This document shows, piece by piece, positions 10,095 through 19,627 of a stretch of 64,000 bases of DNA (position 1 is the first letter of the stretch; every line of letters starts with the position of its first letter). Under the pieces are notes generated by a model. It ran no database searches and had not been told where the DNA came from. It saw only the letters and a program-made list of their open reading frames with translations. The position numbers were made by a program, and so were the translations under genes. Source of the stretch: Mycoplasmatota bacterium (GTDB lineage Bacteria; Bacillota_I; Bacilli_A; Haloplasmatales; Haloplasmataceae); NCBI GenBank assembly GCA_018394295.1, contig CP074573.1, forward strand, positions 2,651,684 to 2,715,683. The letters run 5' to 3'.

Positions 10095-10848
10095 TATTAC
10101 CGCCCTCTAGTACGGATATTGTATCAAGAATTTGTTCAAAAAATTCTCTTCTTGACCTATTCCCTTTTTCTGCACGAGTAAATACCCTTCCATCCCGAAT
10201 AAAAATAACACTATTGGCATAACTTGCAGCAACTGAGTCATGTGTTACCATTAAAACTGTAGTGTTAAGTTCGGAATTGATATATGATATTGTTTCAAGC
10301 AAAGTTTTAGAGGTTTTGGAATCAAGTGCTCCTGTAGGTTCATCTGCCAAAACAAGAGAAGGTTTGTTTATGATTGCTCTAGCTGCTGTTGCTCTTTGCT
10401 TTTGACCACCTGAAATCTCATAAGGGAATTTGTTTAATATATCCATTATGTCAAGCTTTTGTGCGATAGAATTCACCTGACTTTTTATTATTTTCTCATT
10501 GGCATGATTGATTGCAAGCGAAAATGCAATATTATCATAGATTGTTAAAGTATCAAGAAGATTAAAGTCCTGAAATATAAACCCCAATTCCTCACGTCTA
10601 AAATCAGAAGCCTTATTTTTATTTATCTTTGACACATCAATATCATTTATCAAAAGTTTTCCACTTGTAGGCTTATCAAGCGTGGAGAACATATTTAAAA
10701 GAGTTGTTTTACCACTTCCAGAAGCACCCATAATAGCGATAAACTCCCCCTCATAAACCCTAAGATCAATGCCATTTACAGCTTTAGTGATAGAGGTTCC
10801 TTTACCATAATATTTTTTTATGTTTTCTGCTTTTATTATTTGATTCAT
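10081..10848 (-). CDS. ABC transporter ATP-binding protein (BceA/MacB-type)
   Basis: GASGSGKTT Walker A, LSGGQKQR signature, Walker B LVLADEPTGALD, H-loop VTHD. Confidence 0.85.
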   Translation of the reverse strand: MNQIIKAENIKKYYGKGTSITKAVNGIDLRVYEGEFIAIMGASGSGKTTLLNMFSTLDKPTSGKLLINDIDVSKINKNKASDFRREELGFIFQDFNLLDTLTIYDNIAFSLAINHANEKIIKSQVNSIAQKLDIMDILNKFPYEISGGQKQRATAARAIINKPSLVLADEPTGALDSKTSKTLLETISYINSELNTTVLMVTHDSVAASYANSVIFIRDGRVFTRAEKGNRSRREFFEQILDTISVLEGGNNDDI

Positions 10849-10935
10849 ACTATTTTCACACCTACTTAAATACGTTTTTATTGATTTAATCTATTATATT
10901 TTAGCATTATCAAATTATATTAGAAATCGATTTTC

Positions 10936-10978
10936 CTTACAAAAAAAGAGGAACCTTTCATTTTTGAAAGATAACTCT
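10936..10978 (-). promoter_or_regulatory. conserved upstream element CTTACAAAA-N-ACCTTTCA-N5-GAAAGATAAC (candidate RR binding site/promoter of the ABC operon)
   Basis: Near-identical 43-bp element also found upstream of the acyltransferase gene (13912-13955). Contains the palindrome CTTTCA-N5-TGAAAG. Lies ~90-130 nt upstream of the ATPase start. Confidence 0.5.
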
Positions 10979-10983
10979 CATAA

Positions 10984-11985
10984 CTACGTTAACTGAAGTA
11001 CAGAAAATATAATTGATACAGTAGTTTTCTGTCTTTCAGAAGTAACAACAACCTTGTGTCCTAATCCATCACAGATTTTTTTAACAAGATAAAGTCCCAT
11101 ACCAGTACTATAACCGATGGCTCTACCATTTTGTCCTGTAAAACCTTTCTCAAATACTCTTTTAATATCTTGTGAAGGTATACCTTTTCCATTATTTGTG
11201 ATCGATAGAATAATCGAATGATCCCTTTTTTCTATTACGATAAAAACTTCTGGTTCGGTTTCATCACTGTATTTAACCGCATTGTCAAGAATTTGGCTGA
11301 TAACAAATTCAATCCACTTTGAATCAGTTAGTACTAATTCACTGTTTTGACAAATACTTAAATGTACATTTTTAGCAATAACCTGGCTTCTATGCTTATT
11401 AATCGCTTTCTTTACAACTGGAAGTAAAACAATTTCATTGACAAAATAATCTTTTTCAATGTTGTAGCTTCTAGCATAAAACAGTGCTTGCTCTACATAT
11501 TTTTCGATTATCTCATTTTCTTCTTTAATACTACGACTATCAGGGGTATCCGTTTTATCAGATATTAACTTAATAACAGATATAGGTAGCTTTATCTCAT
11601 GCACCCATCTTTCGATATACTCACGATATTCATCACGCATTTTTTCTATTTCAGCAATTTTATTATTATAGGAAATACAACTTCCTTCAATAATGTCATG
11701 ATAAATCTTGGTTTCCTCACTAAGTGATTCATCAATAAACTCACTTACTAAAGTTTTCTCATCAAGGGAATCAAAGCGATATAATAGATCATTATAGTAA
11801 TTTCGCTTTCTGATAAACCGAATAATGTGATATAGAATATTTAAAGATATCATAAATAGATTGATAATTAATATATCTTGTAAGGACAGATTAATCAACA
11901 TGAAAAATATAATAAGAAATATAAATGTACTTATTTGTAGAACAACTAACCATTTTTCATCTTTTAAATATGTTCTTAGTTTCAT
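10984..11985 (-). CDS. sensor histidine kinase, intramembrane-sensing type (BceS-like)
   Basis: Two N-terminal TM helices with no extracellular domain. H-box region, HATPase_c motifs (GTGMGL, N-box). Confidence 0.8.
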   Translation of the reverse strand: MKLRTYLKDEKWLVVLQISTFIFLIIFFMLINLSLQDILIINLFMISLNILYHIIRFIRKRNYYNDLLYRFDSLDEKTLVSEFIDESLSEETKIYHDIIEGSCISYNNKIAEIEKMRDEYREYIERWVHEIKLPISVIKLISDKTDTPDSRSIKEENEIIEKYVEQALFYARSYNIEKDYFVNEIVLLPVVKKAINKHRSQVIAKNVHLSICQNSELVLTDSKWIEFVISQILDNAVKYSDETEPEVFIVIEKRDHSIILSITNNGKGIPSQDIKRVFEKGFTGQNGRAIGYSTGMGLYLVKKICDGLGHKVVVTSERQKTTVSIIFSVLQLT

Positions 11986-12653
11986 TTTATTATATATCCT
12001 TGTCCACGTATAGTAGATATGATGTCATTTAGACCAATATCAGTAAGCTTTGAACGAAGTCTTGTAATATTAACTGACAAGGTATTTTCATCTACAAAAT
12101 CATCATTATCCCATAGTGTTTCTATCAGTCTACCACGGCTTACAATACTCCCCTTACTTTTTAAGAGAACAGCTAAAAGTCGTTGTTCATTTTTTGTAAG
12201 TTCAACTTTTTTATCTTTATATTCAAGAATGTTTGAAGCTGTATAAAGTTTTATACCATCAGTGGAAATCGTTTCACTCATTTGGGTTATTCCATAACTA
12301 CGCTTAAGTACTGCAGAAATTCTTGAAAGCAATACTTGATTGTCATAGGGTTTGGTGATGTAATCATCGCCACCCATAGTCATCGCCATCACCTCATCAG
12401 CAGTATTGTTTCGACTTGTCAGGAATATAATAGGCACATTTGAGATTTCTCTGATTTTTCTACAAAAATGGTATCCGTCAAAAGAAGGGAGGTTAATATC
12501 CAGTAATATAATATCTGGACGTTTTAATTTGTATTCTTCAAAAACATAATCAAAATCATCTATTCTATAAACTTCATAACCATACTTTTTAAGCAAGTAG
12601 CATAATTCGTTACATAGCTTGAGATTATCTTCAATAACAAGAATTTTATACAT
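11982..12653 (-). CDS. response regulator, OmpR/PhoB family (BceR-like)
   Basis: Receiver domain (DD..D phosphoacceptor region, K site) and C-terminal winged-helix (LT.NEQRLL...RGQGY). Confidence 0.85.
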   Translation of the reverse strand: MYKILVIEDNLKLCNELCYLLKKYGYEVYRIDDFDYVFEEYKLKRPDIILLDINLPSFDGYHFCRKIREISNVPIIFLTSRNNTADEVMAMTMGGDDYITKPYDNQVLLSRISAVLKRSYGITQMSETISTDGIKLYTASNILEYKDKKVELTKNEQRLLAVLLKSKGSIVSRGRLIETLWDNDDFVDENTLSVNITRLRSKLTDIGLNDIISTIRGQGYIIK

Positions 12654-12681
12654 TTTATACCTCCTTCGTCTATTGTTTTAT

Positions 12682-13938
12682 TTAATTACAGCATTCTGAA
12701 AGATTATTTCTACATATTATACCACAATATTTTTCCCATATAAACAAGTTAATATTCTGCATTCTTCCCCCTAAAACTAACGTACCTAATAGTACAACAC
12801 AAACAAAGACAAAATCATTTTCAATAAATAAATTATTGTTTCTAAATATATACATAACAATTCCGTGAGATAAGTAAATTTCATAGGATATACTACCTAA
12901 GTATTCCCACAGTTTATTATTAGGTGACTTTCGATTAAATACTAGGAGTATCATCACACAACTAAAAATAGTAATCAATTGTAAACAAAGGATAGACAAA
13001 GGCTTACCTAATATTTTATCCCCTAATGTTGGTGTTGCTTTTAATTCCGATATAGAGTATCCACTAAAAAAGTAACTAACAACTAATCCTAACAAGCATA
13101 AAGTAATACCACTAATTAAATAAAATATAAATCTTTTAGAGTTATTTGAAAAAAATTTTTGAAATTTGTTTTTATATACCGCCCAAAACATACCTATAAC
13201 AAAAGTAAAACATGAACTATACCACCAATATCCATATCCCAAAATAATACAAATAATCGCATAAACAACCATTCCTAAAAACATACTAACAATAATCATA
13301 TTGTAGCTTCTTTGAAACAATAACGCTATGATGTAAAATATAATATAGAAAACCAAGGTCGCCAACACATACCAAGAAAAGGCAACAATTGGTTCACCAT
13401 TAAACAGTGATAATATCACATCAAAAGTAGTGATAACTTCTCCAGTAATATTATAAAAAAATATATAAATTACGATGGTAATAATATATGGAAAAAGCAA
13501 TTTAGGTATTCTCTTCTTAATAAATGATTCTAAATAATCTTCTTTATTAATGTATTGAGTCATCAAACCATATCCAGAGATAAAGAAAAATACACCTACT
13601 GATTCAATTCCCAAAATTGAAAAACAAGAAAATACAAGTCCCATATCTGTAAATAATGACAAATGGTGTAGCACAATTATAACCGAAAAAAAGCCTTTTA
13701 TTTTTATTGAATTGTTTTGTGATAAGACATCATTAACCTCAGTATATGATTTATTTAGTCTGACTTTTTTAACAAGAAATAAAATAGTTAAAATAAATAT
13801 AATATCATAAATCATTTTCTCCCTACTTTCAAACAAGTAATACCATACCTGTAATCCAATAATTTTATAATTTATTTTAACAATGCTACTGTATAAGTAA
13901 AATCGATTTATCTTACAAAATAAAGGGTTACCTTTCAA
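12682..13938 (-). CDS. acyltransferase family 3 integral membrane protein (O-acyltransferase). True start probably at M ~13816 (MIYDII...)
   Basis: ~10 TM helices typical of the Acyl_transf_3 fold. Internal ATG at ~13816 is preceded by an AGGGAG RBS. Shares the upstream motif with the Bce-like operon. Confidence 0.55.
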   Translation of the reverse strand: MKGNPLFCKINRFYLYSSIVKINYKIIGLQVWYYLFESREKMIYDIIFILTILFLVKKVRLNKSYTEVNDVLSQNNSIKIKGFFSVIIVLHHLSLFTDMGLVFSCFSILGIESVGVFFFISGYGLMTQYINKEDYLESFIKKRIPKLLFPYIITIVIYIFFYNITGEVITTFDVILSLFNGEPIVAFSWYVLATLVFYIIFYIIALLFQRSYNMIIVSMFLGMVVYAIICIILGYGYWWYSSCFTFVIGMFWAVYKNKFQKFFSNNSKRFIFYLISGITLCLLGLVVSYFFSGYSISELKATPTLGDKILGKPLSILCLQLITIFSCVMILLVFNRKSPNNKLWEYLGSISYEIYLSHGIVMYIFRNNNLFIENDFVFVCVVLLGTLVLGGRMQNINLFIWEKYCGIICRNNLSECCN

Positions 13939-13955
13939 AAACGAAAGATAACCCT
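13912..13955 (-). promoter_or_regulatory. second copy of the CTTACAAAA...CCTTTCA-N-GAAAGATAAC element (also forms a 15-bp-stem hairpin)
   Basis: ~85% identical to 10936-10978. Lies ~100 nt upstream of the probable acyltransferase start. Confidence 0.5.
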
Positions 13956-14017
13956 TTGTTCTAGTTATTATATTTAGATCAACTCTACTAATAAATTATG
14001 TATGTTACACCATGCTC

Positions 14018-14293
14018 TTACTTTTTAGTCTTATTAATATTTATAACATTAGACACAATTGTAATGCCACCAACAATTAAACACCCTATTCCAAATAAAT
14101 TTCGTTCTAACACTACTCCAATTGAACCGACAACAATAAGCCCAACACCTATACTATTTCCAATAACTGATCCAATGAAAGATACTTTCTTTGAAGGATG
14201 AATTAATTTTTCTACCGTGTCCATGGATTTACTCAAAGTATTTTGTGAAATATTTTTTGTTGCTTCAATTAGATTTTTATTGTATTTATTCAT
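14018..14293 (-). CDS. small hydrophobic/membrane protein (91 aa), hypothetical
   Basis: GGAGG RBS 8 nt upstream of the ATG. Gly/Ile-rich TM segments. Start codon 23 nt from the IS6-like left end. Confidence 0.35.
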   Translation of the reverse strand: MNKYNKNLIEATKNISQNTLSKSMDTVEKLIHPSKKVSFIGSVIGNSIGVGLIVVGSIGVVLERNLFGIGCLIVGGITIVSNVININKTKK

Positions 14294-14504
14294 ATTATCA
14301 CCTCCATATAGTAGTTGGTAGTGTAAAAGTTTTTCTTAAAACCAATACAAAACCTTATATATATATTATTTTTTATTATATAATGAGTTCCCCCCCTGTG
14401 TTTGGGAGGTTGCTCGTTATATTTTTTTAACCCTTTATATACAAAAAGATAGATACACCTGATATAATTTAATCACCACAAAAAAACTATAAGGAGTATC
14501 TATC

Positions 14505-14768
14505 ATGGTTAAAATTATATCAGTTCTTTCAGTATTTTTAAAGTATTTAAACAAACTACTTTATAAATTTATTCTTTTTCTAGATTCACACATTATTTCT
14601 ACACCTAGTTCTAAGTCATCTGGCACTTATTATGAACCTTTTAGGAAGTTCACTGTTGATGGTGAACCTATTATTCAGAAGGTTGAAAAGCTAGATTATC
14701 AAGAATTGCTTAATGTGTATTTTTTAAAGTACAATAAGCATCTCAAACCAGTTACTAGACGAATATAA
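14505..14768 (+). pseudogene. IS6-like transposase, N-terminal segment interrupted by IS21 insertion
   Basis: First 85 aa identical or near-identical to the intact-length copies at 55564 and 31229. The reading frame ends 2 codons after the IS21 junction. Confidence 0.8.
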
Positions 14769-14816
14769 ATGTCAAGATAATAATGTACATTTTTGATCAT
14801 TTAATAATGTACATTT

Positions 14817-15566
14817 TTAATTTTCTTCGATAAAGTAATTTTTAAGTCGATAAGATTTACCTGTAATGTTAACTACATGAGCATGATGAAGAACTCGATC
14901 AAGGATAGCGTTAGCTATTACAGGGTCTTTAAAAATATCATCCCAATTAGAAAAGTTAATGTTGGTTGTAATTATCGTACTTCGTTTTTCATATCGTCTA
15001 TCTATTAGCTGAAAGAACAATTTAGAATCTTCTTTGTCGATAGGTAAATAGCCTAGTTCATCAATAATCAATAATTTGTACTTGGTAAAATGCTTGAGTC
15101 TATCGTTTAAGCGATTTTCTAACTTAGCTTTCTTTAACTGGGCTATCAAATCATGACATTTTATAAAGTAAGTTGATATACGCTTCTTCGCAGCGGATAT
15201 ACCTATTGATGTAGATAAGTGGGTTTTACCAACACCACTCGTTCCCATAAAAACGATGTTCTCGCATTGATGGATGAATCGATGACTCTCAAAATCTAAT
15301 ATTTGTTCTTTGTTTATATTTTCTTGGAAAGAGAAGTCAAAATCCTTCAATTCTTTGTAATGGGGGAATGCCCCTACTTTAACCATAGCTTTGATCATAC
15401 TAGCCTCTTTATAATCAATTTCATATGTTGTTAATTTAATAAGCCCATCAACGAAAGATAGATTATTTTTATTAATAAAGTTAATAGTATCGTCTAAATG
15501 ATTTTTCATTTCTTTTAATTTTAAATATTCTAAATTTGCGATTAATTGCTCGTGTGCTGTTGTCAT
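14817..15566 (-). CDS. istB: IS21-family helper ATPase IstB
   Basis: GTSGVGKTHL Walker A, LLIIDELGYLP Walker B, RYEKRSTIITTN and ILDRVLHH motifs. Confidence 0.85.
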   Translation of the reverse strand: MTTAHEQLIANLEYLKLKEMKNHLDDTINFINKNNLSFVDGLIKLTTYEIDYKEASMIKAMVKVGAFPHYKELKDFDFSFQENINKEQILDFESHRFIHQCENIVFMGTSGVGKTHLSTSIGISAAKKRISTYFIKCHDLIAQLKKAKLENRLNDRLKHFTKYKLLIIDELGYLPIDKEDSKLFFQLIDRRYEKRSTIITTNINFSNWDDIFKDPVIANAILDRVLHHAHVVNITGKSYRLKNYFIEEN

Positions 15567-16866
15567 TATTTATAACGTTCTCCTATCTTATTAAGATTTT
15601 CTTTTGCGAATTTTTGAATATCTTCATCATCAAAAGATAGAGTCATTCTGGCAATCTGTATATAGTGCTCCTCTAAATAATTCAACTTTTTACTACTTAA
15701 CGAGTGTATTGTCACCAAATTTGTGTTAGAATATATGTGAATTTGATTATCATATACCTGCAGTTGAAGTGTACGGTTCATATATTTAGGTGGTACTGAA
15801 TATTGATTACCCTTATAACTAATCATTGATGATGAGTTTACTTTCGCTGTTATGGTTTTAATCAAGTATAGATTTCTTATCGTGTCTCGTGGAGGGGACT
15901 GTAAGAAATCTTTTTCATTTTGTAGGCCAAATAGTGGAATCATATCATAAGCTCTATGTAACCTACTGTTTTCTCTGTTGTTTATTTCTTGTACCTTTTT
16001 CACTAATTGTTCATAATTTAAATCACCACTATATGCTTTTAATTCATCTAAAATTTTCATAGGGGATTCAACCTTTGCTTTTGTATTTGGTCTGCCTGCG
16101 ATACAGGGTTTAACTTCAAATCCATAATCATTAGCGAATTGTTGAAATTTATTATTTACTTTTCCTTTTGAATATTCAGTTCTTGGTACATCCATTACTG
16201 TTTTCATATTATCAGTTAGTATTTCATGAGGTACACCACCAAATGCTTGAAATGCTTCGTCTATGAAGTTAAACAGTATGTCTTGAGATTTAGTTAATGA
16301 TAATCTATAAACTCTAAACCTTGAGTAACTCAGTAATAAAACGAATATATTGATTGTGATGACTTCTCCTGTATCAAGCACGAAATTCATTGATTCTTTC
16401 CAATCTAGCTGTGCTTGTTGACCTTTATCTGTTTCATAACGTATAACTGAAGGTGCTTTGATAGCACTTTTTTCTTTTGATCAAAGTACTCTTGAAATTC
16501 TGGTGTTTTACTTATATATCGCCTAAATGATGATTCAGCACATTTTAGTCCATAATTATCACTAAGATACTGCCAAAGCACTTTTTTATATTCAAAAACT
16601 TTTATTTTATCATTGAGTAAATCTTTAATTAAGTAGTAATAATCATCTACTATACTTGATCGTTTTCTATTTTTAGACTTCTCATAACCATTAATGTACT
16701 TACTTATCGTTCTTCTATCAACATTTAACTCTCTTGCTAATCGACTTTTATTTACCTTTAAGTTTGTTGTTTCCATTAAATTCTTTAATACCTTCAAATC
16801 ATTTAATTTCTGTATTTCTATATTAGTATCTATTTCATAGTTTAGTATCATAAGTTGTCCTCCCAT
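15566..16866 (-). pseudogene. istA: IS21-family transposase IstA with a single frameshift
   Basis: N-terminal HTH part (16405-16866) and DDE catalytic part (15566-16390) lie in different frames. The frameshift maps to an A/T homopolymer run near 16470-16480. Confidence 0.65.
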
Positions 16867-16952
16867 TGATTAACTATGAAATTATACTATATTAACTGTA
16901 CATTTTAAAGTGATCACTTCTGTACATATCTATCTTATCATTTATAGACGAA

Positions 16953-18121
16953 GGCCATCAAAACTTGATTTCAAAGGAAATTGCCCTATTTGTGGTGCTC
17001 CTCATGATTACATCTATGAAAATAATATTAAATCAAAACAGTTACTTTGTAAGGTATGTAGTCATACATTTACCTTGAATAATGATTTTCTTGAAAAGAT
17101 TATTTTAAAATGTCCTCATTGTTCAAAGAACCTTGAAAGAATTAAAGACCGTAATAGTTATATTATTTATAAATGTAGACATAAGAAATGTTCCTTTTAT
17201 TTAGATAAATTAAAGAAATTAACACCAGATCAATTAAAACAATTCAAAAAGAAACCAGGTAAATTTAAACTTCATTATATCTATCGTGCTTTCGATATTA
17301 ACTTTGATTCCCTAGAACGTGACTCTATGTCTAATTTAAATATGAAGGTTGATTTAGCCAATATCAGACATTCTAAGCATACTCTAGGCTTAATCTTAAC
17401 GTATTACGTTAACTACGGTTTGTCGAGTAGGAAAACTGCAGCTATCATGTATGATATTCACCAAGTTAAGATTTCCCATCAAACCGTGATGAATTATGCA
17501 AATAGTGTTTCTACAATGATTCGTCCCTTACTTGAAAATTACCCATATGATTTATCATCTGACCTTTGTGGGGATGAAACATATGTTAGGGTTAAGGGGA
17601 AGAAGCATTATATCTTCTTCTTCTCAGATAAAATTAAAAAGATTATTACTTCTTATCAAGTTTTTAGTAAACGTGATACTTTTTCAGCAGTCGTTTCACT
17701 ATATCAAACATTCAAAAAATACACTGAACTACCTAAGAATTTGAAAGTAGTTGTGGATGGTAATCCTATTTACAACGTTGCATGGTCATACTTTAAAAGC
17801 ATGAACATAAATTTCGATTTATTTCAAGTTATAGGACTCACTAATAACACGAAAACAGACAAGGATTACCGTCCATTTAAACAAGTAACTGAGCGTTTAA
17901 ATAGAACTTTCAAAGACGATTATATCCAAATGAACGGATTTGGTAATATCAAGAGCGCTAATGCTTATATGGTCTTGTTTACAACGTTTTTTAACTTTCT
18001 AAGACCACATAAATCGTTAGGTTATAACCCACCTGTTAAATTAGAAGAGTTTGAGGATTTACCTCATATGCCAAGCAAATGGCTTTCTCTAATAGATATG
18101 AGTTACTCTTATATAAACTAA
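16953..18121 (+). pseudogene. IS6-like transposase, C-terminal segment (resumes after IS21)
   Basis: Continues ...PSKLDFKGNCPICGAP (Zn-finger CxxC x2, CPHC) and the DDE region DETYVRVKGKKHY / VDGNPIY / RPHKSLGYNPP. Confidence 0.8.
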
Positions 18122-18431
18122 TTTTTAACTAAGGAGTATCTCTATATAAGCGTATTTAAATATGCCTTTTTTATTTGCATATAATGATATAGTAAGATAA
18201 AACTGAGTATTGTAATCTAACATACTACAATTCCAGTTTTTTTTATTTTGGGTCATAGAGTTATCATGAGTTTTCATAATTTATTTGACACTACCTAGTA
18301 GTTAAATATTAAAATAATTTTTAACCTTCTACCTCAGCTCTATCTTTTCTAACCATTACTAGTATTGTTGAATAAATCACTGACTATTTCATCTTACATA
18401 CAAACCGTTAGTATGTAAAAATGCAAAAATA

Positions 18432-18452
18432 AACTTCCTCTTTAGGAAGGTT
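18432..18452 (-). terminator. rho-independent terminator after the TetR gene
   Basis: aacttcctc-ttt-aggaaggtt hairpin followed by a T-run on the minus strand. Confidence 0.5.
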
Positions 18453-18472
18453 ATTGTATATAATAAATCAAT

Positions 18473-19114
18473 CTATATAGATGTTACATTATGGAAGTCA
18501 TTAAGTACCTCTATAATATCATCATCAATAACTGGCAATCCTATGCCATCGAGTATTTTTTTTAGAAAATTGACTTTATCAACAAATTGTTTTTTACTTA
18601 CAACAAATACAGCAGGATTTAACCAAATATTTAATAAAAGCATTAAAACTTCAGACAGTTCTTTTGGATTAGTAATATTGATAGAACCATCTGTCATACC
18701 CTCTTCAATTAATTGTTGTAACAAAGGTGCATAATTAGATACTGATTGATTTAGCTGCCTTGATAAAAATTCTGGGTTTTTCATCAGTGTTGGTGATGAT
18801 TTGTAAAGTTGTTGTTGCTTTTTACTGGATATAGATTCAATAAAAATTTTTTTTATCTTTTGTAATCCATTCAATGGACTATCCTCTTTTATTTTGTTAA
18901 ATGGATTATGTTCTTGGTACATTCTTACAGTTACAGCATCAATTATTTCTTCTTTTGACTTGAAATGATGATATATAGCTCCTTTACTAAGGTCTCCTAA
19001 ATTATCTACTATATCTTGAATCGTCGTCTTCTCATAACCTTTTTTTAAAAATAATTCAAGAGAAATATCTAAGATGCGATTTACTGTTACTTCTGGATAT
19101 TTATTTCTAGACAT
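18473..19114 (-). CDS. TetR/AcrR-family transcriptional regulator
   Basis: N-terminal HTH TetR_N signature (ILDISLELFLKKGYEKTTIQDIVDNLGDLSKGAIYHHFKSKEEI). Confidence 0.8.
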   Translation of the reverse strand: MSRNKYPEVTVNRILDISLELFLKKGYEKTTIQDIVDNLGDLSKGAIYHHFKSKEEIIDAVTVRMYQEHNPFNKIKEDSPLNGLQKIKKIFIESISSKKQQQLYKSSPTLMKNPEFLSRQLNQSVSNYAPLLQQLIEEGMTDGSINITNPKELSEVLMLLLNIWLNPAVFVVSKKQFVDKVNFLKKILDGIGLPVIDDDIIEVLNDFHNVTSI

Positions 19115-19140
19115 TTAACCCCTCTTTTCATACATTCGTT

Positions 19141-19430
19141 CGGTATGTATAATATTAACATTTTATTAAAAACTTGTCAAGAACTCTTTCGGGTATCTAT
19201 CTATACTGTTTTGAGGGGCATCTTAAACCAACCAGTTATCACAGTTTAATCCCCTACCACACCAGAACATTCATATTTATTATATCTTATTAGAAACCTT
19301 CTCAATTATATAACTTAATATACAATATCCCCTATTAGAGTATTCATTTTCTCCTGGATCATTAGCAAGAGGCTTATATTTAAACATATCTATATATTAA
19401 CCTAATGAATGTTTCTCTTTGATGTAGATT
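19141..19430 (-). pseudogene. possible serine-hydrolase (beta-lactamase family) gene fragment
   Basis: Translates to ...KYKPLANDPGENEYSN (YxN-type motif) but contains stops. A ~75-bp stretch is ~85% identical to 32708-32783. Confidence 0.25.
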
Positions 19431-19627
19431 TGATATTCAGGATCATTATATAAAGGAGCTAAAACTGATGTATCGTAATCTTATTACCCTATGGATAATC
19501 ATCACTTATCTAATGTATCATTCATATCTTGTTTATTTTCTTGGGCTATAGTATGATTGCCAGCACAGTAATTGACTTTGTTATAAACGCTTAATGTCAA
19601 GGTAGTTGTCGCATATTTTTAATTTTT

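Larger units (their letters stand above)
14764..16945 (-). mobile_element. IS21-family insertion sequence nested in the IS6-like transposase gene
   Basis: istA-istB gene pair. Terminal inverted repeats ATAAATG..AAGATA..ATGTACA with repeated ATGTACATTTT sub-terminal motifs. 7-bp TSD AGACGAA (14757-14763 and 16946-16952). Confidence 0.75.
14317..18295 (+). mobile_element. IS6/IS26-like insertion sequence copy A (about 1.79 kb without the insert), carrying a nested IS21-family element
   Basis: Terminal IRs GGTAGTGTAAAAG (left) and GGTAGTGTCAAA (right, reverse complement). Flanked by a perfect 8-bp TSD TAGTAGTT (14309-14316 and 18296-18303). Two further copies exist in the window. Confidence 0.8.

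Noticed and set aside
12019-12246. 75-aa plus-strand ORF within the response regulator gene, and similar antisense ORFs (9073-9306, 9586-9789, 18543-18734, 36422-37024)
   Set aside because: All lie antisense to, or out of frame within, well-supported CDSs and have low-complexity translations.
14310-14505. Conserved ~195-bp sequence upstream of the three transposase genes as a shared promoter/UTR of a gene family rather than an IS arm
   Set aside because: Sequence conservation ends exactly at GGTAGTG and is flanked by matching 8-bp target duplications in two copies. This is diagnostic of IS termini.
17532-17744. Conserved 70-aa ORF (also at 30179-30391 and 56404-56613)
   Set aside because: Conserved only because it is embedded, out of frame, within the three IS6-like transposase copies.
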